Shown one piece after another: positions 40,431-49,695 of a DNA stretch of 64,000 bases. Both the position numbers and the translations under genes were made by a program. Where the stretch lies: positions 180,757 through 244,756 of the forward strand of contig CAYPLB010000001.1 of assembly GCA_964411565.1 (NCBI GenBank), given 5' to 3'. The first letter of the stretch is position 1. Every line of letters begins with the position of its first letter. This DNA comes from Candidatus Woesearchaeota archaeon (GTDB lineage: Archaea > Nanobdellota > Nanobdellia > SCGC-AAA011-G17 > GW2011-AR17). A model generated the notes under the pieces. That model made no database searches, was not told the origin of the DNA, and saw only the letters and a program-made list of their open reading frames with translations.

Positions 40431-41162
40431 ATGGAATTTGATCCAAATTCACTTGAAAGTCAAAATTATTTTGTAAAAAGTAGTCTAAATGGTGGAAAAA
40501 ATTGGAATGAAAGAGAATCTACTCTTGTTGAACTGCAAGAGTTTAAGTTTCCATTGCTTGTTGCTGAGTTAAAAGTTGCTCCTGAAGGTAATATATTGTC
40601 AACTTATAGATTATATAATCAGTTATTAGAAGATAAAGTACAAGTTGCTTTACAGTGTCAGGTTTTTAGAGGTAAAAAATTTCTTGTAAAGAGTTATGAA
40701 AAAGAACTTGAAAAGAAAGGACAGAAACCAGCTATACATGCAGATAGAGAATTTTTTGATCTTATTTTTTCAGGATATTTAACTTCTTTAGATCAGTTAG
40801 ATGTAGATTCTAGAAAATTATTTGATGAATATTTGCCTTATTATATTAACATGGCACCAGGTTTTTCAGAGTTAAATGTGATATGTAATTCTGAACAATT
40901 AAAAGAAAGATATTCTGAAATTAGAATTGTTAGTCTTGAAGAACAGGAAGAAAGGAAAAGAAGAAGATATGCTTTTCTTAACGCTCTTATGGAAAAAGAT
41001 ACGAAATCTTTAGGAAGTTTATTGTTAGATAATGTAATGGAAAGTAATATTTTAAATGATGAACAAAAGAAGGGAGTTAAAAAAAGTGATTTTGCTGAAA
41101 AGGTTGCAGGGGCAGTGTTGTTAGCAACTGAAATTGAAGGTGATAATAATGAAGAACATTAA
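40431..41162 (+). CDS. hypothetical protein
   Basis: 243 aa; TATA box at 40401. Confidence 0.7.
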   Translation: MEFDPNSLESQNYFVKSSLNGGKNWNERESTLVELQEFKFPLLVAELKVAPEGNILSTYRLYNQLLEDKVQVALQCQVFRGKKFLVKSYEKELEKKGQKPAIHADREFFDLIFSGYLTSLDQLDVDSRKLFDEYLPYYINMAPGFSELNVICNSEQLKERYSEIRIVSLEEQEERKRRRYAFLNALMEKDTKSLGSLLLDNVMESNILNDEQKKGVKKSDFAEKVAGAVLLATEIEGDNNEEH

Positions 41163-41184
41163 TTTTTGATTATATATGTATAGA

Positions 41185-41197
41185 ATGCGCGAGCCGG
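41185..41197 (-). repeat. att-like copy of the tRNA-Gly 3' end (13 bp)
   Basis: ATGCGCGAGCCGG is identical to 45174-45186. Confidence 0.8.
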
Positions 41198-41492
41198 AAA
41201 CAAGGTCTCTACTCAGGTTTTCTTCCATGAGTTAAACTGTTAATACAATGATGTCTAAGGTAAAGTTGTATTTAAGATTTTGGTGTAATAGTTTATCTTG
41301 CGCGCTTTGTGCCTCTTTCTTACAGTATTTAGCGCATTTTGAGATTTATTTTCTCTTATTTTACTTATCTTTCTTAATCCTTCCAAATTTGGCGGAATTA
41401 CATCTTATTATATTTACGCATTTTGTGTATAGTCTTATAGTTTTATAGCGCATTTAGTAAACTTTATAAATACTTAGTCCTTTTAAAAGAGT

Positions 41493-42557
41493 ATGAAATC
41501 AGTAGATTTTAGGAAATATTCCAAATCAAAAACAGATCAGGCAGGAGTTGTTCTATGTAGTGAAAGCTCTACTGTTGATGAAAGAAATAAATCTTTGAAA
41601 ATTTTGAGTAATTGGAGAGGCTTACATAGTTATCCTATGGATGTTTTTAAACAAAGGTTAAAGAGAGTTTCAGAAAAAATTGATTCTAATGCGTTACCTT
41701 CTCAAAGGTTGAAAAGAGTTCCTTCAATACTTAAGAAATTAAAAAGAAAGTATGATGGTAAAAAGGCTACAATGAAGCTTACACAGATGCAAGATATTGC
41801 AGGGTGTAGAGTTGTGATGTCTAATGTGAGATTAGTTAGACAACTTTATGAAGAACAATATTCTAATGGTTTTTTGAAGCATAAGAAAGTTAATGAAAAA
41901 GATTATATTACTTACCCTAAGGAAGATGGTTATAGAAGTATTCATTTAGTTTATAAATATTATAGTGATAAAGGTAGACAAATGTATAATGGTCTTTTAG
42001 TTGAAGTACAAATTAGGTCTAAGTTGCAACACATTTGGGCAACTGCCGTTGAAACTGCTGGATTTTTTACTGGGCAAGCTATTAAATCTAATGAAGGTGA
42101 AGAAGAGTGGAAAGAGTTTTTTAAGTTAGTTAGTTCTGCTTTTGCAAGATTAGAAAAATGTCCACAAGTTCCTGAAACTCCTAGGGATGAGAAAGAACTT
42201 TATTTAGCTATTAAAGAGAAAGAAAAAAAGTTAGATGTTATTAATAAGATGAAGAAGTGGACTAAGGCGATTAAAGTTTTAGATTATGTTAAGAAGAAAA
42301 AGAATGCTTATTTTTTCTTGTTGGAGTTAGATACGATTCAGGAAAAGTTGTTAGTTACTTCGTTTACAAAAAGGCAAGAAGAAAAAGCTATTGAAGCTTA
42401 TGCTAAAGCAGAGAAGAAAATTTATGCAAAGAAAGAGTATGATGCTGTTTTAGTTGGGGCTGATAGTAATGTTGATTTGAAGAAAGCTTATCCTAATTAT
42501 TTTTTAGATACAAGAGAGTTTATTAAGTATTTGGAGAAGGTGTTGGGGAAGTATTGA
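41493..42557 (+). CDS. RelA/SpoT domain (small alarmone synthetase-like) protein
   Basis: RLK...SI..K, QDIAGCR, DYI..PK.DGYRSIH and VEVQIRS.LQH.WA motifs. Confidence 0.92.
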   Translation: MKSVDFRKYSKSKTDQAGVVLCSESSTVDERNKSLKILSNWRGLHSYPMDVFKQRLKRVSEKIDSNALPSQRLKRVPSILKKLKRKYDGKKATMKLTQMQDIAGCRVVMSNVRLVRQLYEEQYSNGFLKHKKVNEKDYITYPKEDGYRSIHLVYKYYSDKGRQMYNGLLVEVQIRSKLQHIWATAVETAGFFTGQAIKSNEGEEEWKEFFKLVSSAFARLEKCPQVPETPRDEKELYLAIKEKEKKLDVINKMKKWTKAIKVLDYVKKKKNAYFFLLELDTIQEKLLVTSFTKRQEEKAIEAYAKAEKKIYAKKEYDAVLVGADSNVDLKKAYPNYFLDTREFIKYLEKVLGKY

Positions 42558-42563
42558 ATAAGT

Positions 42564-42575
42564 ATGCGCGAGCCG
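42564..42575 (-). repeat. att-like copy of the tRNA-Gly 3' end (12 bp)
   Basis: ATGCGCGAGCCG is identical to 45174-45185. Confidence 0.8.
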
Positions 42576-42753
42576 TTCAAGAATGCTCTGTGTAGATGCT
42601 CTGATATATAGGCTCTAAACAATTTGTTTTTTGTTTAGTTTATAGAGGGTGAGGAAGTTTATATTGTTTTTGGTTGTTTAGTTTATTGTGGAAAAGTTTA
42701 AATAGTTTATTTTATTATGTAATTTTAGGCGTTAAGCCAAGAGAGGTGATGAT

Positions 42754-44730
42754 ATGAAAAAAATAATAATTGGACTAATATTAGTTTTAGCTTTTTCTTT
42801 TACAATGGTAAGTGCAGAAGATTATGACTTTTGTAATTATCCTGAGCCATTTGTAACTGATGGAGTTTATGATGAGAGTAATTTACTAGTAGTTGGAGAT
42901 TCTGCTCCTGCTTCAGACACATTAGCAATGGTTGATGTATCTACATCTTTACAATATTTAGGAAGTTATGAATCTGGATCTATTGTTGTTAACGGAGGAG
43001 TTACTGAGCAAGTTTTAATTGGTGGTGCGTTAGGTGATTTTTTTGATACAGAATTACAAGATGATGATATTGTAACTTTACAAGATGGAGAGATCTCTTT
43101 TTTAAGTACAGATTATGAGATTTATGAGGAATTACGATTGTCTGAGACTAGCCCAAGTATAATTTCCAATTTAGGTGCAGAAGATACTTCTGAAGTTTAT
43201 ATAGATGTACAGAATGTGGGTGACATTAGTCTTTACTATATCTTTGAAGACTCTATTGATTTAAGTACAGTCACTTCTAGCAACCCTTTAACACTAGATT
43301 TTTGTAATTATAATTTAGAAATTAATTCAATTGACTCTGATACTAGTTTTTCAGGATATGTTGGAAAATACTACTATTTACAAGTTGATGAAAGTGTAGA
43401 TATTAATGGAGTTACTGTAACTTTAACTGAGGTAAGTTCTTCAAGTGCAATTGTTGATGTTGATGGAACTACCGAGATTATTACAACTTCAACTCCTGAG
43501 GAAGTAAATGGTCTTAAAATTACTGTTGATGAAGTTTATAGTAGGACAGAAAGAGAAGATTCTTCTGCGAATTTAATAATTAGTGAATATTCTTTACAAA
43601 GTTTTGAAGATGGTGATGTTTTCTTTTCAGAAGATTCGGGTGATCTTGAATGGATTTGGAATTTGGATTCTTTAACTTCTGTAGGAACAAATCAAATCTT
43701 TGGAATGGAAAATAATTTTATTCATGATGACTATTCTGATACAGGTGTAGCTCAAGAAGGTGGATGTATATCTCTACCAAATAGTTATTTAGAAATTTGT
43801 TTAGATTCTTTAACTTCTACTGATGGAACTTCGGATTATACTCATGCAAATGTGATTATTCAAGGAGAGGAAACTGTAGTTTCAAGTGAAACAACAACTT
43901 ATACTGTAGGTACTCCAGAAACTGCATTGGCTTCAGAAGTTTTAAACCCAGAAGATTATAATTTATTTGTATTTGGAAATCCTTGTAATAATGACTTAGT
44001 TGAAGATCTTTTTGGATATACTTGTAGCGGTTGGAGTTTGGCTGATGGTGAGAGTAAATTAGAAGTTATTGAAAATGGTGAGAATTATGCTGTATTAATT
44101 GCTGGAACAACAGATGATGATACAAGATATGCTGCACAAGTTTTATCTAATTATGAGGATTATGAATTGTGTGGTTCTGAGGTTTTAATTGGAGCAACTA
44201 GTTATGAAGATATTGTTGCAAGTTCTGTTTGTGAATGTGAAGAAGTAGAATGTTCTGATAACGAAGATTGTGCTTCAGATGAAGCTTGTAGTAGTGATGG
44301 TGAGTGTATTACTTGTACTGAATCTGATAGTGGATTAGATCCAACTGTAAAAGGAACTGCTGATGGGATTTGGTTAACTACAGGAGAATATCAATCTGGA
44401 GAAGACTATTGTGATGTAAATGATAGAAATAAAGTCTGGGAATATTATTGTAGAACTGGTGAAGGAAGTGATCAACCTGATGATAATACTTTTTTGTATT
44501 ACAGGGCAACTGAATGTGATTCTGGTGAAAGTTGTTATAAGGGAGCTTGTATTCCAAGGTCTTGGATCAGAAGGGCTTTAATGAGTGCTCCTGGACTAGA
44601 GGGGTCATTTAGTTGGCTGTATTGGATATTAGGAGGAATTGCTATTCTTTTAGTTATTGGAGGACTAGTATTCTATTTTACAAAAAGTAAACCCAAACCT
44701 AAAAAAAGAACTAAGAAGAAAAAGAAATAA
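42754..44730 (+). CDS. S-layer paralog with Cys-rich module and C-terminal membrane anchor
   Basis: Long stretches align with 31155 (VTLT.VSSSSA.VDVDG...VDEV.SRTER..SSANLII); TM followed by a Lys tail. Confidence 0.85.
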   Translation: MKKIIIGLILVLAFSFTMVSAEDYDFCNYPEPFVTDGVYDESNLLVVGDSAPASDTLAMVDVSTSLQYLGSYESGSIVVNGGVTEQVLIGGALGDFFDTELQDDDIVTLQDGEISFLSTDYEIYEELRLSETSPSIISNLGAEDTSEVYIDVQNVGDISLYYIFEDSIDLSTVTSSNPLTLDFCNYNLEINSIDSDTSFSGYVGKYYYLQVDESVDINGVTVTLTEVSSSSAIVDVDGTTEIITTSTPEEVNGLKITVDEVYSRTEREDSSANLIISEYSLQSFEDGDVFFSEDSGDLEWIWNLDSLTSVGTNQIFGMENNFIHDDYSDTGVAQEGGCISLPNSYLEICLDSLTSTDGTSDYTHANVIIQGEETVVSSETTTYTVGTPETALASEVLNPEDYNLFVFGNPCNNDLVEDLFGYTCSGWSLADGESKLEVIENGENYAVLIAGTTDDDTRYAAQVLSNYEDYELCGSEVLIGATSYEDIVASSVCECEEVECSDNEDCASDEACSSDGECITCTESDSGLDPTVKGTADGIWLTTGEYQSGEDYCDVNDRNKVWEYYCRTGEGSDQPDDNTFLYYRATECDSGESCYKGACIPRSWIRRALMSAPGLEGSFSWLYWILGGIAILLVIGGLVFYFTKSKPKPKKRTKKKKK

Positions 44731-44795
44731 ATTCTTTTTTACTTTTCTATTTATTTCCATATGGACACCATATAATATACTATTATATATTAGGG

Positions 44796-45059
44796 GTGAC
44801 AAAAGATCTTGATTCTTTAGAATTCTTTGTCCGTAAGGCTCGTATCTCAAGAATTGCAAATGGACAAGATATATTTCCTTACGCTACTCCTTTTGGTGAA
44901 GTTTATCATGATTTAACTCATAGAGATTATAGACAAGAAGATCCAGAGAGATTTAGAGATTTATTTATTCAAAAATTAAAAACTGATTCTGATGTTTTTA
45001 AAAGATTTAGAAAAGAACTAATATCTTGGCATTCTTTTTGGAAAAAGAAAGATCTGTAA
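44796..45059 (+). CDS. hypothetical protein
   Basis: 87 aa ORF with GTG start. Confidence 0.45.
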   Translation: MTKDLDSLEFFVRKARISRIANGQDIFPYATPFGEVYHDLTHRDYRQEDPERFRDLFIQKLKTDSDVFKRFRKELISWHSFWKKKDL

Positions 45060-45174
45060 TTTTATCATTATGATCTTTAGGGAATTAACATTAAAGACTG
45101 ATGACGCCACTCTTTTACATAGAAGTCCATTAAAAATCTATGTATAACAACTGCGCATCAGACTGTAGTTATCA

Positions 45175-45246
45175 TGCGCGAGCCGGGATTTGAACCCGGA
45201 TCTCTAGCTTGGAAGGCTAGAATACTAGCCATTATACTACTCACGC
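45175..45246 (-). tRNA. tRNA-Gly(TCC)
   Basis: Minus strand GCGTGAG...CTAGC-ctTCCaa-GCTAG...GGTTCAAATCC...CTCGCGC-A; TATA box 25 nt upstream. Confidence 0.95.
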
Positions 45247-45327
45247 GTATGGAATGAAGAAAATTTACTGCTTTATAAAACTTTTTCTCCCAAAGATTTA
45301 TTAAATTAGAAGACTAGAGTATAGATA

Positions 45328-45894
45328 ATGAAATTGGAGATAAAAAGAGATTTGCTTAAAGTACTTGAAAAAGTAGTTCCAGCTTTGAGATCTGAAGATT
45401 CTAGAGAATTAAAATGGTTAAGTAATAATACAATACATAATGCTGGAATATTTCAGGATAAAGATTCTATTACTTTAGCAGTTATTTTATATTCTTTATC
45501 AAAAATATTTGAAAGGCCAAGATTATATGATCAACCTATTTTACAAGAAATGAAAAAGGATGTTCTTCAAAGTTTAAATTATGCTAGAACTAATTTGAAA
45601 AGAAATGAAGATAAACAATTTAGATTAGAAATAAAAAAAGTTTTGAAAAGAATAAGTATGTTTGAGAAAAAAATTGGAAAATATATTACTGAAGTTTTAA
45701 GACAAGCAAGGATTAAGAAAGGTGGAAGAATTTATGAACATGGTTTGTCTATTGGTTTGTCAGCACAGTTAATGGGAATTTCTAAATGGGAGTTAATGGA
45801 TTATTTAGGGGCAACAAAAGTTAGTGATATTTCTGATGAAATCACTTTAATGAAAGTTAGGTTGGATAATGCAAGGAGGATGTTCAATTTATGA
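45328..45894 (+). CDS. hypothetical protein with C-terminal UPF0175-like HTH (antitoxin-like)
   Basis: GLSIGLSAQLMGISKWELMDYL; overlaps the PIN gene. Confidence 0.65.
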   Translation: MKLEIKRDLLKVLEKVVPALRSEDSRELKWLSNNTIHNAGIFQDKDSITLAVILYSLSKIFERPRLYDQPILQEMKKDVLQSLNYARTNLKRNEDKQFRLEIKKVLKRISMFEKKIGKYITEVLRQARIKKGGRIYEHGLSIGLSAQLMGISKWELMDYLGATKVSDISDEITLMKVRLDNARRMFNL

Positions 45895-46565
45895 AATATT
45901 TAGTTTTTGATTCTAGTAGTTTGATAACTTTAGCTATGAATAATTTGATATGGGTTTTGGAACCTTTAAAGAAAAAATATAAGGGAGATTTTTGTATTTC
46001 TACTTCTGTTAGGAATGAAATTTTGGATACTCCTTTGAAAGGTAAAAAGTTTAAACTTGAAGCAATGCAGTTGAGAACCGAAGTAAAAAAAGGAATTATT
46101 TGTCTAAAAGAAGATGTTAAGAAGGAAGAGTTGTTGAAAGTTCAGAGGCTAGTAAATAATATTTTTAAAGCAAGAGGAAGATCATTAAAAGTTTTACACG
46201 AAGGGGAAATTGATGCTTTGTTTTTAACAAAAAAATTGAATGCAGATGCTTTAGTAATTGATGAAAGAAGTACAAGAATGTTAATAGAAGATCCGAGAAG
46301 TTTGGCAAAAGTTTTGCAAAGTAAAATGCATACTCCTGTAAAAATTAATGAGAAAGCTTTGAAAGAATTTCAAGAATTGTTTAAAGGATTGAAAATTATT
46401 AGGTCTGTTGAATTAGGGGTAGTTGCTTATGAGTTAGGTTTGTTTGATAAGTATGCAGTTAATGGTTTGAAGAAGGATGTTCTTGATGGTGTTCTTTGGG
46501 CTTTGAAGCTAAGAGGTTGTTCAATTTCTAATAAAGAAATAGAAGAAATAGTTAGGTCTGAATAA
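45891..46565 (+). CDS. PIN-domain protein
   Basis: VFDSSSLI, V.NE, LHEGEIDAL and LVIDER acidic PIN motifs. Confidence 0.8.
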   Translation: MKYLVFDSSSLITLAMNNLIWVLEPLKKKYKGDFCISTSVRNEILDTPLKGKKFKLEAMQLRTEVKKGIICLKEDVKKEELLKVQRLVNNIFKARGRSLKVLHEGEIDALFLTKKLNADALVIDERSTRMLIEDPRSLAKVLQSKMHTPVKINEKALKEFQELFKGLKIIRSVELGVVAYELGLFDKYAVNGLKKDVLDGVLWALKLRGCSISNKEIEEIVRSE

Positions 46566-46705
46566 TTTGTTTCTCAATAGTTGTAAATATTATTTGTTTT
46601 TTGGTATCACATTAAAGTGAGTATTTATCGTCGAGGAGACCACAAGATTTATATAAGCTCAATTTAAGGAAATATACATAAAAACTCAGTGGGGGAATTA
46701 AAAAA

Positions 46706-48082
46706 ATGATGAAAAATATTAAAATGTTAGGCCTTGTTCTAATTATATTAGTAGGTCTATTAGGACTTAGTGCTTTTGCAAGTGCTGATAGCGATCTTTA
46801 CGAAATTGGTATGGTAGAGGTTGATGGAGTAGTTGTGTTTGTAGAAGGATATGATGAACTTATACCAGTAGAAGTTAGTTTAGATGATAGTTTTGAAGTA
46901 GAGGTATATGTTTATGGAACAGGTGAAGATGCTTGTGATGAAGATGAAGATAATTGTGAAGTTGAAGTAAAAGTTAAAGCTTGGATTGGTGGATATGAAT
47001 ATGATGATATTGAAGCAACAAGTAGTACTTTTGATATTGAACCTGATGTAGGTTATACAAAGAAATTAACTATTGAACTGCCAAGTGATATGGAAGTTGA
47101 AGATGATAATGATTATACTTTGTATGTAGAAGTTTATGATAATGAAGATGAAGAAAGAGTTAGTGGTAATTTGTATCTAGAAAGACCAAGACATTCTTTA
47201 GATATTCAAGATGTTCTATTTGATAGTACTGTTTCTGCAGGAGATAGTGTAAATGTTGAAGTTAGAGTAGAAAATCTTGGTGAAGAGAAAGAAGATGATG
47301 TTAAGGTTGAAGTTAGCTTAGTAGATGCTAATGGTGATGAAGTTGAAAGTGATGTTGATTATATTGATGAATTAGCTGCTTTTGAAGAAGATAATGAAGA
47401 TGAAGAAAGTTCTGACTCAGTAGATCTGTTATTAAATTTAGATGATTGTCTTGAAGATGGGAATTATGAATTAGTTGTTACTGTGAGCTATGATAGAGGT
47501 CATGAAGAAATTGAAGAAGTTTATGATGTTTCTGTAAGTGATAATGATGAGTGTAGTGAAAGTAACACAGAGGAGAGTACTGAAAGTGAATCTGAAGGTG
47601 GAGTTACTGTGAGTTTAAGTTCAAATTCTTTAGAAGTTGTTGCTGGTGAAACAAATAGTTTTGTACTAACTTTTGTAAATACAGGATCTAATACTGAAAC
47701 ATTTTCTGTAACAGTTAGTGGTGAAGAACAATGGGCTTCAAGTAATGTTGATCCAAGTGTTGTAATGGTTAGTTCAGGGGAACTAGAAGATGTTACTGTT
47801 TCAATTACACCAGATAGTGATGCTGCAGGAGATCATGATTTTACTGTTAATATCTTAGATAGTAATGGTAATTTGGTTCAGGAAGTGTCAATGAGTGTTG
47901 ATGTTGGTGAAGCTGCAAGTAGTAGTGTTTTAGGTAATACTGGCTCTGCATTGAAAGTGGCATTTATTGTGTTGATTGTTTTAATTATTATTGTTGGTCT
48001 TATTATTGCTTTTAGAAGACTGAATGATGATGATGAAGATGATGATCCTCTAGAGCCAAAAGATGGACAGACTTATTACTAA
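46706..48082 (+). CDS. acidic membrane-anchored surface protein with CARDB/Ig-like domains
   Basis: Signal peptide, V.V.VENLG, F.NTG...ETF motifs, C-terminal TM and a ...QTYY end. Confidence 0.8.
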   Translation: MMKNIKMLGLVLIILVGLLGLSAFASADSDLYEIGMVEVDGVVVFVEGYDELIPVEVSLDDSFEVEVYVYGTGEDACDEDEDNCEVEVKVKAWIGGYEYDDIEATSSTFDIEPDVGYTKKLTIELPSDMEVEDDNDYTLYVEVYDNEDEERVSGNLYLERPRHSLDIQDVLFDSTVSAGDSVNVEVRVENLGEEKEDDVKVEVSLVDANGDEVESDVDYIDELAAFEEDNEDEESSDSVDLLLNLDDCLEDGNYELVVTVSYDRGHEEIEEVYDVSVSDNDECSESNTEESTESESEGGVTVSLSSNSLEVVAGETNSFVLTFVNTGSNTETFSVTVSGEEQWASSNVDPSVVMVSSGELEDVTVSITPDSDAAGDHDFTVNILDSNGNLVQEVSMSVDVGEAASSSVLGNTGSALKVAFIVLIVLIIIVGLIIAFRRLNDDDEDDDPLEPKDGQTYY

Positions 48083-48115
48083 AACTTTTTAAATTATTTT
48101 TTCTTTCTTATTTTT

Positions 48116-49054
48116 ATGAAAACTTTAATTACTGTTCCAGGATATTTTGATGAAGATTCTAGAAAGATCTTTCAAGAGTTAGGAGAAGTAGATATTATTG
48201 AACATTCTAGAGATTTAAGAGAGTCGGTTTTGAATATTGTTGAAGAGTATGATATTCTTGCTGTTAAAGTTGATTTTAAAGTGGATAAGGAGATTTTGGA
48301 TAAAGCTAGTAATTTGAAAGTTATTGCTTCTGCAAGTACAGCAGTTGATCATATTGATTTAGATTATGCTAAAGAAAAAGGAGTTGAAGTTATTTTTTTG
48401 AAAGGAGTGAATACTGTAGCAACTGCTGAATATGTTTTTGCTTTGTTATTTAGTTTGTATAGGAGAGTTTATCCTGCACAAAATTCTTTGTTGCAAGGGA
48501 GATGGGATAGAGTTAGTTATATTGGAGATAATTTTAGTGAGAAAGTTATTGGTGTTGTAGGTTTAGGAAAAATTGGAAGGCATGTTGCAAAGATTGCAAA
48601 TGGGTTTGGAATGAAAGTTGTTGCTTTTGATCCTTATTTGTCTGAAAGTGTGTTTAGAGAAAATAATGTTGAGAAAAAAGAATTAGATGATTTGTTGAAT
48701 GTTTCTGATGTTGTGACATTGCATACTTTTTTGAATGATGAAACTAAAAAAATGTTTGATATGAGTAAGTTTAAACTTATGAAAGAAAAGGCTGTTTTGA
48801 TTAATTGTTCAAGAGGGGAAGTTGTTAATGATGAAGATTTAATCAAAGCTTTGAGAGAAAAAGTTATTGCTGGAGCAGCTTTAGATGTTTTTGATCAAGA
48901 ACCTTTAGAAGAAAATCATGTTTTAATGAAAAATGCAAAAGTTATGAAGAATTTAGTAATAAGTCCACATTTAGCAGGTTCAACTAGAGAATCTGTAAAT
49001 GAGTCTGGAAAGTATGTTGCTGAGAAGACGAAAGCTTTTTTAATGAGTTCTTAA
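48116..49054 (+). CDS. D-isomer-specific 2-hydroxyacid dehydrogenase (SerA-like)
   Basis: GVVGLGKIG, INCSRG, AALDVF..EP and SPHLAGST motifs. Confidence 0.92.
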   Translation: MKTLITVPGYFDEDSRKIFQELGEVDIIEHSRDLRESVLNIVEEYDILAVKVDFKVDKEILDKASNLKVIASASTAVDHIDLDYAKEKGVEVIFLKGVNTVATAEYVFALLFSLYRRVYPAQNSLLQGRWDRVSYIGDNFSEKVIGVVGLGKIGRHVAKIANGFGMKVVAFDPYLSESVFRENNVEKKELDDLLNVSDVVTLHTFLNDETKKMFDMSKFKLMKEKAVLINCSRGEVVNDEDLIKALREKVIAGAALDVFDQEPLEENHVLMKNAKVMKNLVISPHLAGSTRESVNESGKYVAEKTKAFLMSS

Positions 49055-49065
49055 AAATTTAAGTT

Positions 49066-49695
49066 ATGAATGAAGAAAAATTAGCAGCAAATCGTTTTAA
49101 TAGAGGCTGTTCTTACTTAAAAATGTCTGGATCAGTATTATGGCCTATATCAAATTTTTTGTCTAATGAAGCACAGGTTCTTTCTTTTGATAAAGAAAAA
49201 AGAAGGCCAAGTGATCTTGAAGGTTTTGTTTATTTTAGAGATTCTTATGAACAGGAATTAAAGGCTTGTTTTACTGATTTAGCTTTAGCAGTTAGAAATA
49301 TGGTGCCTAAATTAAAAGGAGAGTTGTTTGATGATGAATCTTATGTGTTTTCTCAAAGACAGGCACATTTAGCAATGATGTTAGGTATAAGGCAAAGAAG
49401 AGAAGTTAAGAAAGATGATTTAATTTATAGGTTTGAAGAAAGATTTTATTTTGTTGAAGATAATTTAAGTAAAGATGATGGATATAGCTTAGTTAGAAAG
49501 AGTTTGTATAATATTTATGGTTCTGTTTTGGAAACTTTAGAAGGGAATAATGGTGTAAGTATAGATTTGTGGGATGTTACAAGGAAAGTTGACAAACAAT
49601 TACTAACTGGATTAGTTGTTTATCTAAGAGCTGATGACATTTTGAAAGATTTCGAAGATAGATTAAAAAGAGAAGATTATAGGGTTAAGTTTTAG
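49066..49695 (+). CDS. hypothetical protein
   Basis: 209 aa ORF. Confidence 0.6.
   Translation: MNEEKLAANRFNRGCSYLKMSGSVLWPISNFLSNEAQVLSFDKEKRRPSDLEGFVYFRDSYEQELKACFTDLALAVRNMVPKLKGELFDDESYVFSQRQAHLAMMLGIRQRREVKKDDLIYRFEERFYFVEDNLSKDDGYSLVRKSLYNIYGSVLETLEGNNGVSIDLWDVTRKVDKQLLTGLVVYLRADDILKDFEDRLKREDYRVKF

Noticed and set aside
41248-41448. 66 aa ORF in the RelA/SpoT cassette as a possible antitoxin
   Set aside because: No recognisable motif or promoter, and composition looks non-coding; cannot be supported.
41185-45186. Repeats as a CRISPR array
   Set aside because: Only 12-13 bp, kilobases apart, and identical to a tRNA end; no cas genes.
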